64,000 bases of DNA from Hypanus sabinus (Eukaryota). Numbering within the stretch: the stretch's first letter is position 1; the number at the start of each line of letters is the position of its first letter. The stretch lies in contig NC_082731.1 of assembly GCF_030144855.1 (NCBI RefSeq), forward strand, positions 24,490,001-24,554,000. The letters run 5' to 3'. Below, one piece after another: positions 37,928-51,393 of the stretch. A program made the position numbers and the translations under genes. The notes below the pieces were generated by a model. The model did not search any database, was not told where the DNA came from, and worked only from the letters and a program-made list of their open reading frames with translations.

Positions 37928-40575
37928 TGTCATTGTCCGGTCCGTGAAATCCGCATTGCGGCTCACAGTCCTTTCCAGGTTCCTTATTCCAGGTTTTCAG
38001 GCTTTCTACAGTTTTCTTGAGGCTGCCGGTTCTCGTTGGGCTGGCTTTATAAATAGCTTCAGGGTTCAGCCTCTGGCTGCTGGATTGTTCCTGTCCAAAC
38101 CCCCTGTCTGAATCCCTTTTCTTTACTTTCCTGCTTGGAGCCTCGCCTTGCCTTGCCTCTGCCTGGAGCCTCGACTTGTGTCACGTGGAGCCTTGCTTCG
38201 CCTGGATCCTTGCCTCTCCTTTAACTTTTGCTTTCAATGCGGTCGTTCAACCTGCTTAGCAAGACAAGGAATTGCCTTTCGTTGTTTTGAACTGTCTCTG
38301 TGCCCTTGCCTTCGCCAGGTAGATCTGGCCGTTAGCCGCTACCCAGTGTTGAGAACAGTTTGCGTTCAAGCCTTCACTAGGTAGGTTCGACCGTCTGCCC
38401 CGACCTTGTGGTAAGAAAGGTCTCGTCGTATTCAGCATGCAGATTAATGAGTCCTGGTCCCACGTTCAGTATCCAAGGAGGGGTTCCAGCTCTGTATTCT
38501 GTGTAACGAATCCCGGCCCTACGTCCTGCTTCCAAGTTGGGCTCTCGGCTCTGTGCTCCATTTTCTCGAAGAAGGCTCTGCATTCCTGTCTCTCCGCCGA
38601 CGAAGTCAAGGCTTCGGGGTCTCGTCCATTCCGAGCCACGTCTAAGGAACTTGTCCGGTCCAAGCCACAGTTTTATGTTCTCGTCTTTTCTATGTGCCTC
38701 GCCCAGACCAGGAGTACCTTGGCCAGCCCGGTTCTGGGGTTCCCTCGTCCTTTGCTGGGGTTCCCTTGTCCTGTCGTAGTGTTTAACGTCCAGTCCTATT
38801 GCCGCTCCACGTCTTTTCCTCGCCTAGTAGTGGAGTCCGAGTTCAAGTCAAGACCCAGATTCTAGGTCCTTCCCCACTTTCTGGTATCGGAGTCGATACG
38901 CAAGCATCATCATGTCCTCGCCTAGTTCCGGGACCGAGCCCGAGTTAACAACCAGGTTCTGGGTCCTTGTACTGTCTCTGGCTCGAAGTTCAAGCCCTGG
39001 CTCCTAGTTCCCAATTCTATGTCCTGGTTCGGCTATCCTTGAAAATCCCTAGCCCAGTCACGGAATCTATGTCTCAAGCAAGGTTTGTGTCATGTCCAGC
39101 GTCCTTTCATCCCCTTTTCCCAAGCCTGGACATGTTCCTGGTAGTTCAGTGTCTGTGTCTTGCATTTGGGTCCGCTCCCAACATTCTTCTGATGACAGAC
39201 CATCCAACCAGACTTGGATCCAACGAAACAGATACTGACGTTTAACTCCTGCTATCCTGGGTTGTCTCCTGTTGGATGCCTCTTGCCGCTCCCCCGTCCC
39301 CGTGTGTGTCGTCCATACTCTGAGGAAGCCTTTTGGTTCGTCAGGAGGTCCCCATAGGGCCGTGAGTTCTGTCTTGGTCCGGACCGTGAAAATGCATTCC
39401 AGTTCACGATCCAGCCCAGTACCTTATTTTAGGTTTTCCTCTTTTCCCTAGTTTCTGTTGAGGCAGCTGATTCTTGTTAGGGCTGACTTCGTAAATAGCT
39501 TCAGGATTTTGTCTCGGGCTGCTGGTGCGTTCTTTTCAAAATTCACTGTCTGCATCTATTCCCTTCAACTTCCGCCTGGATAAGTTCTTTGCCTTGCCTT
39601 CCCTTGCCGCGCCCGGAGCCTTGCCATGCGTCGCCTGCAGCCTTGCCTGTCCTGTATCCCTTGCCTTGACGGTGTCAAGTTCAACCACTGGAGCAAGATA
39701 ACGATCTATCTTTTGTAGTTTTGTACTATCTCTGTTTCCATGCCTTCACACCGTAGGTCCGGCCGTTTGCCACTAACTGGTGTTGGGAATTGTCTGAGTC
39801 GACGCCTTCGCTAGAGAGGTACGGCCGTCTGGCGATACATTGTGTTCAGTACTTTCTTGTCGTATTCTGCATTCTGTATAATGAGTCCCGTCTCCACGTC
39901 CTGTACCCAAGGAGGGATCCCGGCGGTGAGTTCAATTTTCCTGTCTCTGCCTAGACCAAGGCTCTGCATTTCTGTCTGTTCCTCGGAAAGTCAAGGCTAG
40001 GGGGTCGCATGCTATCCTAGCAACGTCCAGGAGACTTGTCCAGTCCAAGTCTCGTCTTGTCCATGTTCCTCGACTAGCCCATGTGCTGGGTTTCCTTCAT
40101 CCTATGCTTGGGTTCCTCTTTCCAGTCCAGTGATCTCAGGTCCAGTCCGGTTGCCTCTCCTCGTCTTGTAGCCACGTCTTGTCCTCGCCTAGTCCTGGAG
40201 TCCGAATCGGGTCAAGACCCTGGTTCTGGGCCGTTACCCAGTCTCTTGCTCGCCGTCCATTTCGAAGCCACGTCATGTCCTCGCCTATTTCGGGGGTCAC
40301 AGCCCGAGTAAAGACCTAAGTTTCGGGTCCTTGTCCAGTTTCCGGATCGGAGTCCAAGTCAAGGATACTACTTCCCAGTTCGATATCCTGGTTCCGCTAT
40401 CATAGTCAAGTCCCAGATCTGTCCTGGAAACCTTGTGGCGTCGAAAGTATGTATCATTTCCATTGGCTTTACTTCCTCACTTTCCTTGCTTCCTTCTCAT
40501 GCCTAGTCCTTTTTTCTGGTTGTTCATTGTCTGTGTCTTGCATTTGGTTCCGTTCACATCTCCCACCTTATGACA
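37928..40575 (+). mobile_element. Internally deleted (non-autonomous) LTR element: LTR 37928-39197, about 170-bp internal part, LTR 39370-40575
   Basis: Two related ~1.2-kb repeats beginning TGTC and ending TGACA; short internal part homologous to the internal part of the 45242 element. Confidence 0.8.
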
Positions 40576-42609
40576 GGAACCAGATTTATGTAATGAGAGA
40601 AAAAAAAACAGCTAAAAACAAATAAAAAGAAAATAAGAAAACACAACTGCTTGTTGCGAAATAAAACACTCTGTATATTCTGCCTTGCAGCCTTTTTTTT
40701 TGATTATCCATCCAAACCATGAACAGATGCTATGCATCGTGCAATTGATACCAACAGTACTGTAAATCTACTTTGTCAGCCAGCAAGTACCGTTTCCGTG
40801 TATAATAACTGGATAAGCATGATAACTGCAGTTCTGACGTTAATCACAAGGATATAACATTTTATTGGCGGTGGAATGTAGGGATAAGAATGCCGCCACT
40901 CTTATGTCCTTACGGCCTAAACAACAGCGTCAGATCGAGTTTTAGTATGGATAATATGGGAACAGTGACCTAAAAATCCCATCCAACACAGACGACAATA
41001 TTTTCTTAGTGTGGATAATCTCTCCAGTAGCTACACCGCTTAAATTCATGAAAATTCTCCTATCAAACTTAGACAACTGCAAGCATCTCCGACCCAAGTA
41101 ACCAGACTGATAAAAATGGGAATGAGCTCCTCCGGAACGGTGTTATCGTGGTCTGAATATAGGTTTCCCTGACAGATAAAAAAAAATCTAAATAAATAAA
41201 ATTTGAAGTCTTTCATCAGAACCTGCCTATTTGCACTATATATTAAAGCCGAGCTGCAGTTAAACTATTATCTGTCCTCGTTCACTCGGCAAAAAAAAAA
41301 CACACACAATGGCCCATCCACAATGACAGTGGGACAGCAGCGTGGTAACTTTTACACACATACAAAAAAAATGCTGAAAAATGTGGGAACACAGGAAGGA
41401 CTTTCCAAGAATCATGAATAACATTTAATTAATGAAGGTCGGATACAGGATCAATAATCTTCGATTTTACCTCAAGTTCTGCAAACACGCAATTACAGAA
41501 AATGAGATAAAGCGAACATTCTGACAGTTAGAGGTTACCCACATATGTCTCTGTGGGAACAATCAATATCCAAGGCATTCAGATAGAACGATAGACACCA
41601 AATGAACGAGGCATCTCAGTAGACTGAATCAGCCGCAACTTTAATGTTTCATGATGATCCCGATATAATCGCCTTCCATCCAAAAATGGAACAAACCTTA
41701 TCCGGCTGAAGAGTCTGTGGCCAGTTGCAGTAACGCGATTATCAAACTAAGCATCAGGGGCCCATACTTATCGTGCTGGGCTTACATTGAAAATGTTATC
41801 ACTAAGCCCAAATCAACAAATGCCTCGAAAGAAAAATCCTTCAGATTCCATCTCTAGGAAGATGATATATCTCACTGCGATGAAGTACATATTGGAGATG
41901 CAACAGAAATCATCACAGATCTTTCCTCGTTGGCCGGCTCTCTAGATCTTCCTGTCCACTTGAGGCACGTGGTCAGATAAAACAACAGTTCCTCAGAGTA
42001 TAAATGTCGTGTTTATTTAAATATCCAATCAAGTTTAGCAACTGGGAATTGATTCCTGCTCAATTCATGGGTTCAGTTGAGTGCCAGCAGTCGGTGGGAC
42101 AAATATCTGTAGGAGAAAATTGTAAAGTTGGAGGACGACGAGTTTAAATAGAAACTGGAAAACTACCCACCTCAAAATCGCAGCTAATCTGACAGACAGA
42201 TTTCTGTACGAAATTCTAAATCGAGCAGCCCATTAAAGTATCTGGATTTGCCAATTCATCGTTGAGATTTTTCATGAACACTTTACGGAATATGAGCTCT
42301 AGAAATTGGCCTGTTCATGTACCCTCCAGCGATAAGAGACTGAATTTCATTGAATACTCTGTCACGCACCTAGACTCATGTCCAATGCCATGAAGTATCT
42401 AACCATCTGTTACTAACCTATAGGGTGGTTTTGCATTCTTTTTGGGTTCTGATAAACGGGTAAATAATGAATAATAATGAACGTTTTTCCCCTTTCGCTA
42501 TTGCTCATTCCATAGGTGTTACAGAGACGACACAAGCTCTTTAAGCCTATTTAGTTAATTTGATACGAAACCTGTGAGCATCAGTTCGAACACAACATAA
42601 CCCAAGGTT

Positions 42610-42880
42610 GTAATTCGCTGCAAAAGTAGAGAGTCTCGCTAAAACGTTCTACAGTGGGCAGATTAAGAGAGGTCGTAGAATACCAGGTTCTTATGCTTCT
42701 GGAAGGTATTCGATGGCAACGGGATCGGCAGACGTTGACAGTTGCTATGCAGATCATGCCGACTTACTGTAACACATAATTTACCAGATCAACTCGCACG
42801 TAACGTCCTGTCTCGTTCATATTTCTGGCTTTGGCATTCGTTACGTATCACGAGCGACATCAAGAGCAGATATCACGGAA
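42610..42880 (-). pseudogene. Decayed IgH constant exon (IgW-like)
   Basis: Minus-strand fragments PEI*TRQDVTCELI and TWYSTTSLNLPTVERFSETLYFCS resemble IgH C-domain B-strand and STxSxLxxPxxEWFSExxYxC motifs. Confidence 0.45.
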
Positions 42881-43669
42881 AATTCGTGCAATCAAACGAA
42901 AACAAAGATGAAAGATGAAGAATTAGGCATGAAAGGTAAACCACTGTAGGAAGATTGCATTCGCTGGACCTGAATCTGATTAAGTAGATATCACATACCA
43001 AGTGACAAAAACACTTCTCACAATTTAAGTTATACCTGCAAATATCCAGAAGGCTACAATACGAAACACCAACAAATATTCCAAAACTTTCTGCCAGTGG
43101 AGAAAATATGGCTTTTGGTTTGTCTATTCCTCAAGTAGCTCCCCTTGTGAGCTGGGGAAAAATAGGACAGGACTTTATTAATTTGTTGGAATAAATTGAG
43201 CGATCGTCAGTTCCAACGTGAAAGGTTACAATAAATTCATGTGTAGGTGAAAAACGGAGGTCTTTTTTTTCCTCGCTGCTTGCTCTTGTATGAAAGGAAA
43301 TTCAAAACGTTAAAGTGATCGAGAGCATCTAGTTTAACTAATATTTAAAAGCCAACATACATGGACGATTTTCTGTTCTCCATATGTGCTAAGATATCTC
43401 TCGTATCTTCATAACACGTATAGTAAAAAACAGGCAAATCTAATGAATAGACCAACGGTAGAATGATTCGAATAAACTACAAGCACAGCTCGTGACAGAC
43501 AGAAGGAAGAAGAGGGTATCAAATTTTATGAGAGACAGGGTGAGAGTATTAGATGGACAGGTAATTTTGAGAAATGTGTACACAAATAGGCAGATGCCAA
43601 GATAGATAGTTATATTGATAGCAGAAGGAAAAAAAAAACAGATAGTTATTTATGTAAGACAAGTGAATT

Positions 43670-44760
43670 CGCAGATGCTGGAAATAAATAAAAACTCAAA
43701 ATGATTCCAGAATACAGCAGGCCAGACAACATCTATGGGAGGAGGTAGTGACGACGTTTCGGGCCGAAACCCTTCATCAGGAGTGAAGTAAGATGGGATG
43801 GTAGAGGGGGGATAAGAAGAGGGGGAGGGATGAAGTAGAGAGCTGGGAAGTGATAGGCTGAAGGGAAATAGGCTGGGGAATTATGGGAAATAAAGGTGAA
43901 AGGAAGGTAGGTCTGGGGGAGATTATATGAGGGGGGAAAAGAGAGAAAGAAAACCAGATTAAATTATAGATAGGGATGTGGTAGTGGGGCAGTGCTATCA
44001 ACTGAGGTCTGTGAGTTGAATGTTCCTGCCGGCAGTTAGTAGGCTACCTAGGCTGGAGATAAAATATTGCTCCATCAACCTGCGTGTGGCCTCTTCTTGA
44101 CGTTAAAGGAGGTCATGGACAGACATATCGGAGTGGGAGTGGTCTTTGTAATTGAAGTGTGTGGCCACAGGTAGATCCCGCCACTGCTGGCGGACTGATG
44201 CCGGTTTTTGGTGAAAAGTTCTCCCAGTCTGTGGCGGTCTCACCAGTGTATAAATAGTCACATCGGGAGCACCAGATACAATATATCACTCCAGTTGCCT
44301 CGCAGTTGAAGTGGTACCTCACCTGAAAGGACTTTCTGGGGCCCAGTTTGGTGATGAGGGAAGTGTGGGGGCAGGGTTAGCACATATTCCGTTTGCAGGG
44401 ATGTGCCTGGAGGGAGGTCGGTGGGGAGGGATGGTGGTGGTGTGAATGGACAAGTGAGTCGCCAAGGAAGCGATCCCTGCGGAAAGCCGAGTGTGGGGAG
44501 GGAGGGGAAGATGTGTCTGGTAGTGGGATCCTGTAGGAGGTGGCGGAGGTTACGTTGGATCTGTAGGCTGGTAGGGTGATAGGTGAGAACTAGTTGGACT
44601 CTATCGCTGGTGGGCTGGCGGCGGGATGGGGTGAGTGCAGAGGTTCGTGAAATACCGGGAGATGTGATGGAGGGCAGAGTAGATGGTGGACTAAGAGAAG
44701 TCCCTTCCCTTAAAAAAAAGGAAAACGTCTCCTTTGTCCTAGAATGATTCTAGGATATCC
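43670..44760 (-). mobile_element. Penelope-like element (GIY-YIG endonuclease end and 3' region)
   Basis: HFNCEATGVIYCIWCSRCDYLYTGET; typical CTGATGAAGGGTTTCGGCCCGAAACGTCG 3' motif. Confidence 0.88.
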
Positions 44761-45241
44761 TAGAATGAAGCGTTTGCGGATACAGTGAATCAGTTCAAAA
44801 TAAATTCTAAAATCAGAAAAATGTCACAGAGGATCAGGCAGTGAGAATCTAAGCCTATAGGGATTAAAAACTGCAAGAGTAGTAGACCCTGATGGTCATA
44901 TCCCCAATTAGTAGTCAACATGTGCTCTAAATAGTACAACAGGAGACAGAAAATTCATGCAAAAATGACAATATTTTCAACATACATGGGGCAATTCAAT
45001 GTGCAGAAGATTTCGTATATCTGTTCGTGCTGGATTCGAGCAACGTGTGTATCTGGAATTCCAACGAGATCGCTATATGAAGCACGTCCTGGGAATCTGC
45101 CATTCTGCTTTGGTTGTTGTGCAATCAACTAGAATGGATTGAATACCTTAAAGTTGCAGGATGCTTCGTGGTAAATGATCATAAAATGATTAATATCACC
45201 TTGCATTTTGAGAATGTGATAATAAACTCATAAACTATGTA

Positions 45242-48200
45242 TGTCATAAGTTGGGTGTTGAGACTGGACCCAAATGCACGACACAGACACTGAAGGAATA
45301 GGAACAGGACGGCACAATACTGAAGGACGGGTGGCAGACTGGGCCAGGGAAGCATGAGCAGGACGAGGGACAGGGAACAAGGAGACTGGAGTCGACTTAA
45401 AGGTTGAGACTGGACACGGAACCAGAACCTGAGTCTTGACTCGGGCTGGCACCCCAAACCGGGCGAAGACGTGACGAGGTAAAGACTCTAGGAACGTGAG
45501 GCTTGAAACTACAGACGGTTTCCAGAAGCTTGAGACTTGAGACTAGAGATTTGGAGTCGAAGGCTAGAGACATGAGGCTGGGGCCTTGAGGCTTGAGACG
45601 TGAGGGTGGGGTAGTGAGGATTGAGACTTGAGAATGGGGTCTAGAGGATTGGGACGAGGGTGGGGTAGTGAGGATTGAGACTTGAAAATGGGGCCTTCAG
45701 GATTGGGACTTGAGGTTGTGGTCTTGAGGTTTGAGACTTGAGGCTAGGGTCTATAGGCTTAGGTTCTTGGAGCACAAGGATTAAGGCCTGGGTTCCTGGA
45801 GCTCGATGATTGTGGCTTGAGTTCTTGGAGCTCGAGGCTTGAGGCTTGGTATCCTCGGACTTAAATAACTCGGAGGTTGGTACTTGGAGGCAGACTATGA
45901 ACTGTGCATCAACATAGATCCGGGACTTATCCTGCGACAAGATGGGACTCTTCTTTAACTAGTCACTAACATGAGATGGGCAGTACATAGACATAGAGCC
46001 GGGATTATCACCGACAAGCCGGAACTCAACTTTCACTCAACACCAAGGTGGGTCAGGACCATCTGTCGCGTAACGGCAGAACGGCCTGACGTACCGGACG
46101 GAGAGAAAGACAAGAGAAGGCAGATTCCCCCTGTAGTGCAAAGGCAGAGTGACTTGACTAACCCACGGAGGCGAGGACGTCAAGACAGATTCCCCCCGAT
46201 GGTTAACGACAGAACATCCTTACTTACACACAGAGGCGAGGACAGAAAAAGGCAAACACCAAAGAACGACAGACAGTTCCATCTCTGCTTCGGCGTTGCT
46301 CCGTGTCGCAGTTATGGCCAGCCATCTTGGCTGGTTACGGAAACAACCGTATCCCTTCCTAGCTTGGAGTGGCTGTCGGCCAAAAAGCTGACACAGGAAA
46401 CGACTGAATCCGCACCGCAATGACAGCACAAGTTACCCACAACAAGGAATCAAGAAGCAATGGTCCTCCAGAGCAGCCTGAAGATGGCAACTGGCCTTCT
46501 ACCAACCATTCACTCCCAGCGAAACTTGACAAGACGACTCCACAAACAAACGCTATCCGAGGGCCACTTACATTCCCAGCCCCGAGATGAGCATCAGGTG
46601 CTCATGATTCAGTACAATCGAAATAAGGGGCAGACCGATTACATGGAGTCCGTGGAACGGACCGTGAATTGGAATGCGGTCTTCAGACCAGACCATAACT
46701 GTACACACCCCTACCTCTATGGGAGCATGAGGCGAGCGAAGAAGCTCTCCAGGACAAAGGACGACTCTGGCGGGAGGCGGGGAGGCAATGTTCATTCAGG
46801 AGAGAACCACAAGGTGACGCGAGTTAGACGGCAGAGTCTGCGTTGCTAGACCCATGAATGGGAGTTTCGTTCTGTCATAATGGGGGCGTTGAGAGTAGAC
46901 CCAAATGCAGATCACAGACACTGAAGTACGAGGAGCAGAACGGGACAAATCTAAATGACGGGTCTGTTCGCAGACTAGACTAGTGAAGCACGACCAGGAC
47001 CAGTGTCTGGGAACAAGGAGCCTATGGTGGACTCCATGCCTGAGAACGGACACGGAACCAGAATCTGTGCCCTGACTCGGACTCGTGCCCCAAACCAGGA
47101 AAAGATGTGACGAGGCCAAGTTTCTAGGAGCTTGAGACTTGAGTCTACAGACTTGGGGTCCTGAGGCTAGAGAAGGTATGGGCAAACTACGGCCCGGGGG
47201 CCATATACGGCCTGTTAATCTTCTTTTAATCCGGCCCGCAGAAGATGAAATTATATTAATAAACCTTGTTAACGTTTTTTCCCCGCAATTCTGGCGTTTT
47301 CCCAATAGATGACGCACTCTATATACATTGACCTTTGTTGAGGTGCAGCGTATTACTCCACATTTGCGCTTTACACTTTGTTCGGCTCGACCTATTTGTG
47401 TGAACAGGCCTTCAGCGTCATGAACATCAACAAAGCCAGCCACAGATCCTAGTTAACAGTCCAACATCTCAGATCCATCCTGAGAATCGCCACAACAAAA
47501 CTACATCCATACTTTGATGCGCTGGCTAAAAAGGGAGACCAACAACACTGTTCCAACAGAAATTAAAAATAAGTTTCTGCGTTGTAAAAAATGCATTTGA
47601 AAATATTTCTTCAATATGCCTTACATGTTACATGTCATTTCTGTTAAGTGATGGACATGAGTAGTTCGCAGGTGCACGTAATTCTCAAAATAATAAATGC
47701 GCTCCAGATCAAATAACGCGCTCCGCATATAGGCGCGTTGTCACTGTTCTGTCCTTATGCTGGTCGTTGTTGAGTTTTGGCACAGGCGACAATTGAATAA
47801 AAAGGAGCAGGACAAGTAGACCTGCATCTCCTACCGTTTTTGAGATAAAGACAGTCAGGAAAAGAGTGATGATGATAATATCTTGAAGGTTAACCGAATT
47901 TTCAGTGCTTTAAAGTAATAACTTTTACTATTAAAAAAAGCTGTATTTTATTCATTTAATTTTCGGTGTTTTCAAAGTCATTTCAATAAATAGCTAAATA
48001 CTATGGGACCTCAAAGAGATATTTTGTTGTAATGCATTTGTTCATTTTCAATTGAAATTAAAACACATGTTTTCTACATATCCCATGATATTTTATTTTC
48101 TCTTATGAGGTTTATTACCAAAACACTCCGTCCATCTGCTCCTGGTCCGGACCCCTGTCAAATTTTAGAACTCTTTGTGGCCCACAGTCAAAAAGTTTGC

Positions 48201-48680
48201 CCCCCTGGGCTAGAGCCTTGGGCTGGGTTCTTGAGGCTTGAGACTTGAGGTTGGGGTCTTGATGCTTGAGGCTTGAGGCTGGGGTCTGGAGGCTTGGGTT
48301 CTTGGAGTTCGAGGCTGGGGTCAAGAGGCTTGGTTTCTTGAAGTTCCAGGCTTGAGGCTTAGGTACTTGGAGCTCGAGGCTTGATGTTTAGCTTGTTCGG
48401 TCTTGAGTAACTCGGAGGAAGGAGCTTCGAGGCATACTAGGAAGTGTACATCAGCATAGAGCCGGGACTTATCCTCCGAAAAGCCGGGATTCCTTTTTAA
48501 CAAGAGAACAACATGAGACTGGGTAGTACACAGACATACAGCCGGGACTTATCCAGCTACAAGCCGGGACTCAACATTCACTCAACACCAAGGTGGGGCA
48601 GGGCCATCCGTCGGGTAACAGCAGAAACGTCTGACTTAACCGACGGAGACAAATACAAGTCAAGGCATATTCACTCCGCA
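45242..48680 (-). mobile_element. Internally deleted LTR element: LTR 45242-46425, internal 46426-46872, second LTR from 46873 interrupted by hAT
   Basis: TGTCA...TGACA termini; same family as 37928-40575 in opposite orientation; TTGAGAC/TTGAGGC-rich core. Confidence 0.8.
47173..48207 (+). mobile_element. hAT (Charlie-like) non-autonomous DNA transposon
   Basis: Exact 8-bp TSD GGCTAGAG (47165-47172 and 48208-48215); TIR ..GGGCAAACT / AGTTTGCCCCCCTG; C-terminal dimerisation motif FGSTYLCEQAFSVMNINK. Confidence 0.93.
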
Positions 48681-48689
48681 TCGTTTTAA

Positions 48690-51393
48690 ACTATTTTCCA
48701 GAGAAACAAGTCCCTCATTTGCTACATATTGAGCCAGGGCTGGTAGAGCTGTGTCTTTGGACATTTGGAGATCAATAATATTTGAGATATCACCACAAGA
48801 ATTCGTGAAGACCTCTGTGTACACTTCAGCTCAAGTTGTAGAGAATGGAATATTTGTTTCAAACTCATTTTGATCGTAATTAGATTCAGGGCACGTCAAG
48901 CCTGGTTCTGTTATCTCTATATGTTATAAACGCAGTTCTGTAAGTTCAGCTTCTGTAAATTGTTCCGTCTGATTCTCTAAAGGATCTGGTTGCACCACTT
49001 ATATCTCTGCCCTACTACTCAGAATAACTCTATGGATAACAGAATCAGACTTCGTTCCAATTGTTCAGTCCCATGGTCATTCCATATCAATTGAGATCAA
49101 TACTCTTCAGGGTACCGTTCATGACAATTGCACTTTTGTTTGTGTGGCGGAGGCGTTGTGCATGGATATCCAGGTATTCGAATAATATTTTATCCCCATG
49201 GTGAACCACTTTATGAGAGCAACTTAAGTAATTTCCATGATGCTGATTGTGAATCACTGCGCCAACATCAAGCTTCCACTTATCATCATGAGCAGCACAC
49301 GATTGGCTAGGGCAGACCTCCTGAAATGACATAAGATAAATTGTTATTTAACCCATTCTCTTAGTTTCTCTTTTGGTACCCGACTTGGTACTTGATGTGC
49401 ATCAAGTTGAGATAAAGACGCAACAACCATGCTAAGCAACCAACTTGTGTATGTAGCAGAACTCTATCTGTTCCCTTAGACATGAGGTTAAGGCTGTCAG
49501 TTATCAATATTTGTGGTAACCTGAAGATGCTTCAGAATTTCATGTGAATTCAGCCTTAGCTGTGATTCGATCTGACCAATTTTACTGGTCTGTGTCTGCT
49601 CCCGGTACTTTTCTCCAATAATATATCACATTTTTAGTTGAAGACAATACAACTAATGTTGGAATTTTACGACATCAAAGGTATTACACATTGGAACCAC
49701 AGATGCGTAATCTGCTAGCACTTTTTCTAGTAAAACCTAGTTCCTTTAATTTTTGACGGGCATAAACTCACATCCGCTTTGCTTCCTCCTAAGAATGTAA
49801 GTAAATAATGTTGTAGGTGAGCTCCTTTAAAGCACCGTTACTTCAGTGAAATACAAGAAAAGAACCTGTACATGTTGGTATCATTGTACCAAAGTGATGC
49901 CTTTTCCATTATCTTCCAACAATAACCCTAACTCGTTTGTGTGACGCTGAGACTCACTTTCTCTTTTAGGTCCAGGATAAGTTCCATTTGATAGAGCTAT
50001 TGAAGTACTGAAATTTGTTGGAATTTTGAAGACCCTGAACGGGCGTGGGCTCTGACAGAACCTCTTAACTGTGTCCTATATTGACTTTTCCTAACTGTCG
50101 TGCCCGTGTACCATATCTTTCCAAGAATAATTCATAGGAATGGGATTACATTTTCAGGAACGAAATTATGTTGCTAGCGGAATTGACACAACTTTTGTGT
50201 AGCTCGACCCCAGTCAATGTGCACCTGCGTGAGATCTCACAAAACCTTGTTGTTACCAAGTCCGTCATCACCTGCAGGCTGCTGGATAACCGGGACTGGA
50301 ACCTGAATGATGATTATCCCCCCTGGATAACTAAACAATACCAACTCTAGTATTTTATCACATAGGAATTGCTGTTTTGTACACCGTGGAATGCTTAAGG
50401 TTTTATCAACACTCATCAAATCATTTAACCCAGGATGATAGAATTTCGGGTCCTCTGTTTCTCCGATATAAGCTATTCTTAAGTGTGTCAGTTGTGAAAA
50501 TAGATTTTTGATCACCGTTTGTCCTTCACATAATGCAGTCGTTGTTGACAAGTTCGTCCGCAGTAATGTTTATGAAGCAGAACCGTCAAACGCCCCAGTC
50601 ATTGCTTATTGTATCACAATAAAATATATTATACTTTTAAAGTCGAATGCGTTCTGTACTGAACATCACTAATATCTGTTCTTACTTCCAGTTTCAGTCT
50701 TGACTTACTTTACGTTCATTTTTTATTTCTCTCACCTATCCAATCTCGGCTCGCAATAGACGTTGGACTCAAGCCGCCCATAGTTTCTCTTTGGATTTTG
50801 TTTCAAAATAGGGGAGACAGAACTCACTACATTCCTTCTTGTTTTTTGTTCTCAGACTGAGAAAGTGGAAAATATCCCCCTTGGTCAAATTTGTTCACAG
50901 CACAACTGTTGAAACCGAAAAATTTCAAATCCTAACTGTCTTGAGCAACAGTTGTCAAGTGTCCGAAACTACAACCATCTTGTACATCAACAGGTAGTTG
51001 GGGATTATCATCGTTTTCTTTCTTCCATTCCAACAATTTCAACTGCTTGAAGTGATGGTATTCAATTTCATCGGGGAAATCAGAATCTTGTGTATTGCTT
51101 TACTTGGATTGTGCATAAAGTCATTGCATGCTGAAAAACTTGCCGATGAAAATGGAGCTGAAGCATGCTAATTATTGGCCAATGTCCTGTCCTTATATCC
51201 ATGTGACTGGATTATGAGTCAATCTAAGCCATACTGTGCTCTTGCTCCCTTTTCCTGGTTGATAAGCAGACATATAGTTGGCCTCCTTCATTATCTCTAC
51301 CAACTGCGGTGCCCGATTCTTTGACATTTTCCCATTTACCTCAGGTTCCGACAAATTTAACCGTAACAATTCCTGTGTACACCGAGGTAACCC
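48690..51393 (-). mobile_element. Probable decayed LTR retroelement/ERV internal region (gag knuckle, protease, RT-start-like)
   Basis: WKLDVGAVI (DTGA-like), H...VCP knuckle-like, AEVYTEVFTNSCGDIS; heavily disrupted; ends at the gap. Confidence 0.35.

Noticed and set aside
40700-40780. TACTGTT-GGTATCAATTG-CACGATG as a D segment
   Set aside because: Both heptamers are degenerate and no nonamer lies at 12 or 23 bp; no convincing D segment was found anywhere in the window.
43020-43160. Minus-strand segment with good acceptor and donor
   Set aside because: No recognisable protein motif; stops in all three frames.
46796-47443. 215-aa ORF
   Set aside because: Chance frame across a hAT end and an LTR.
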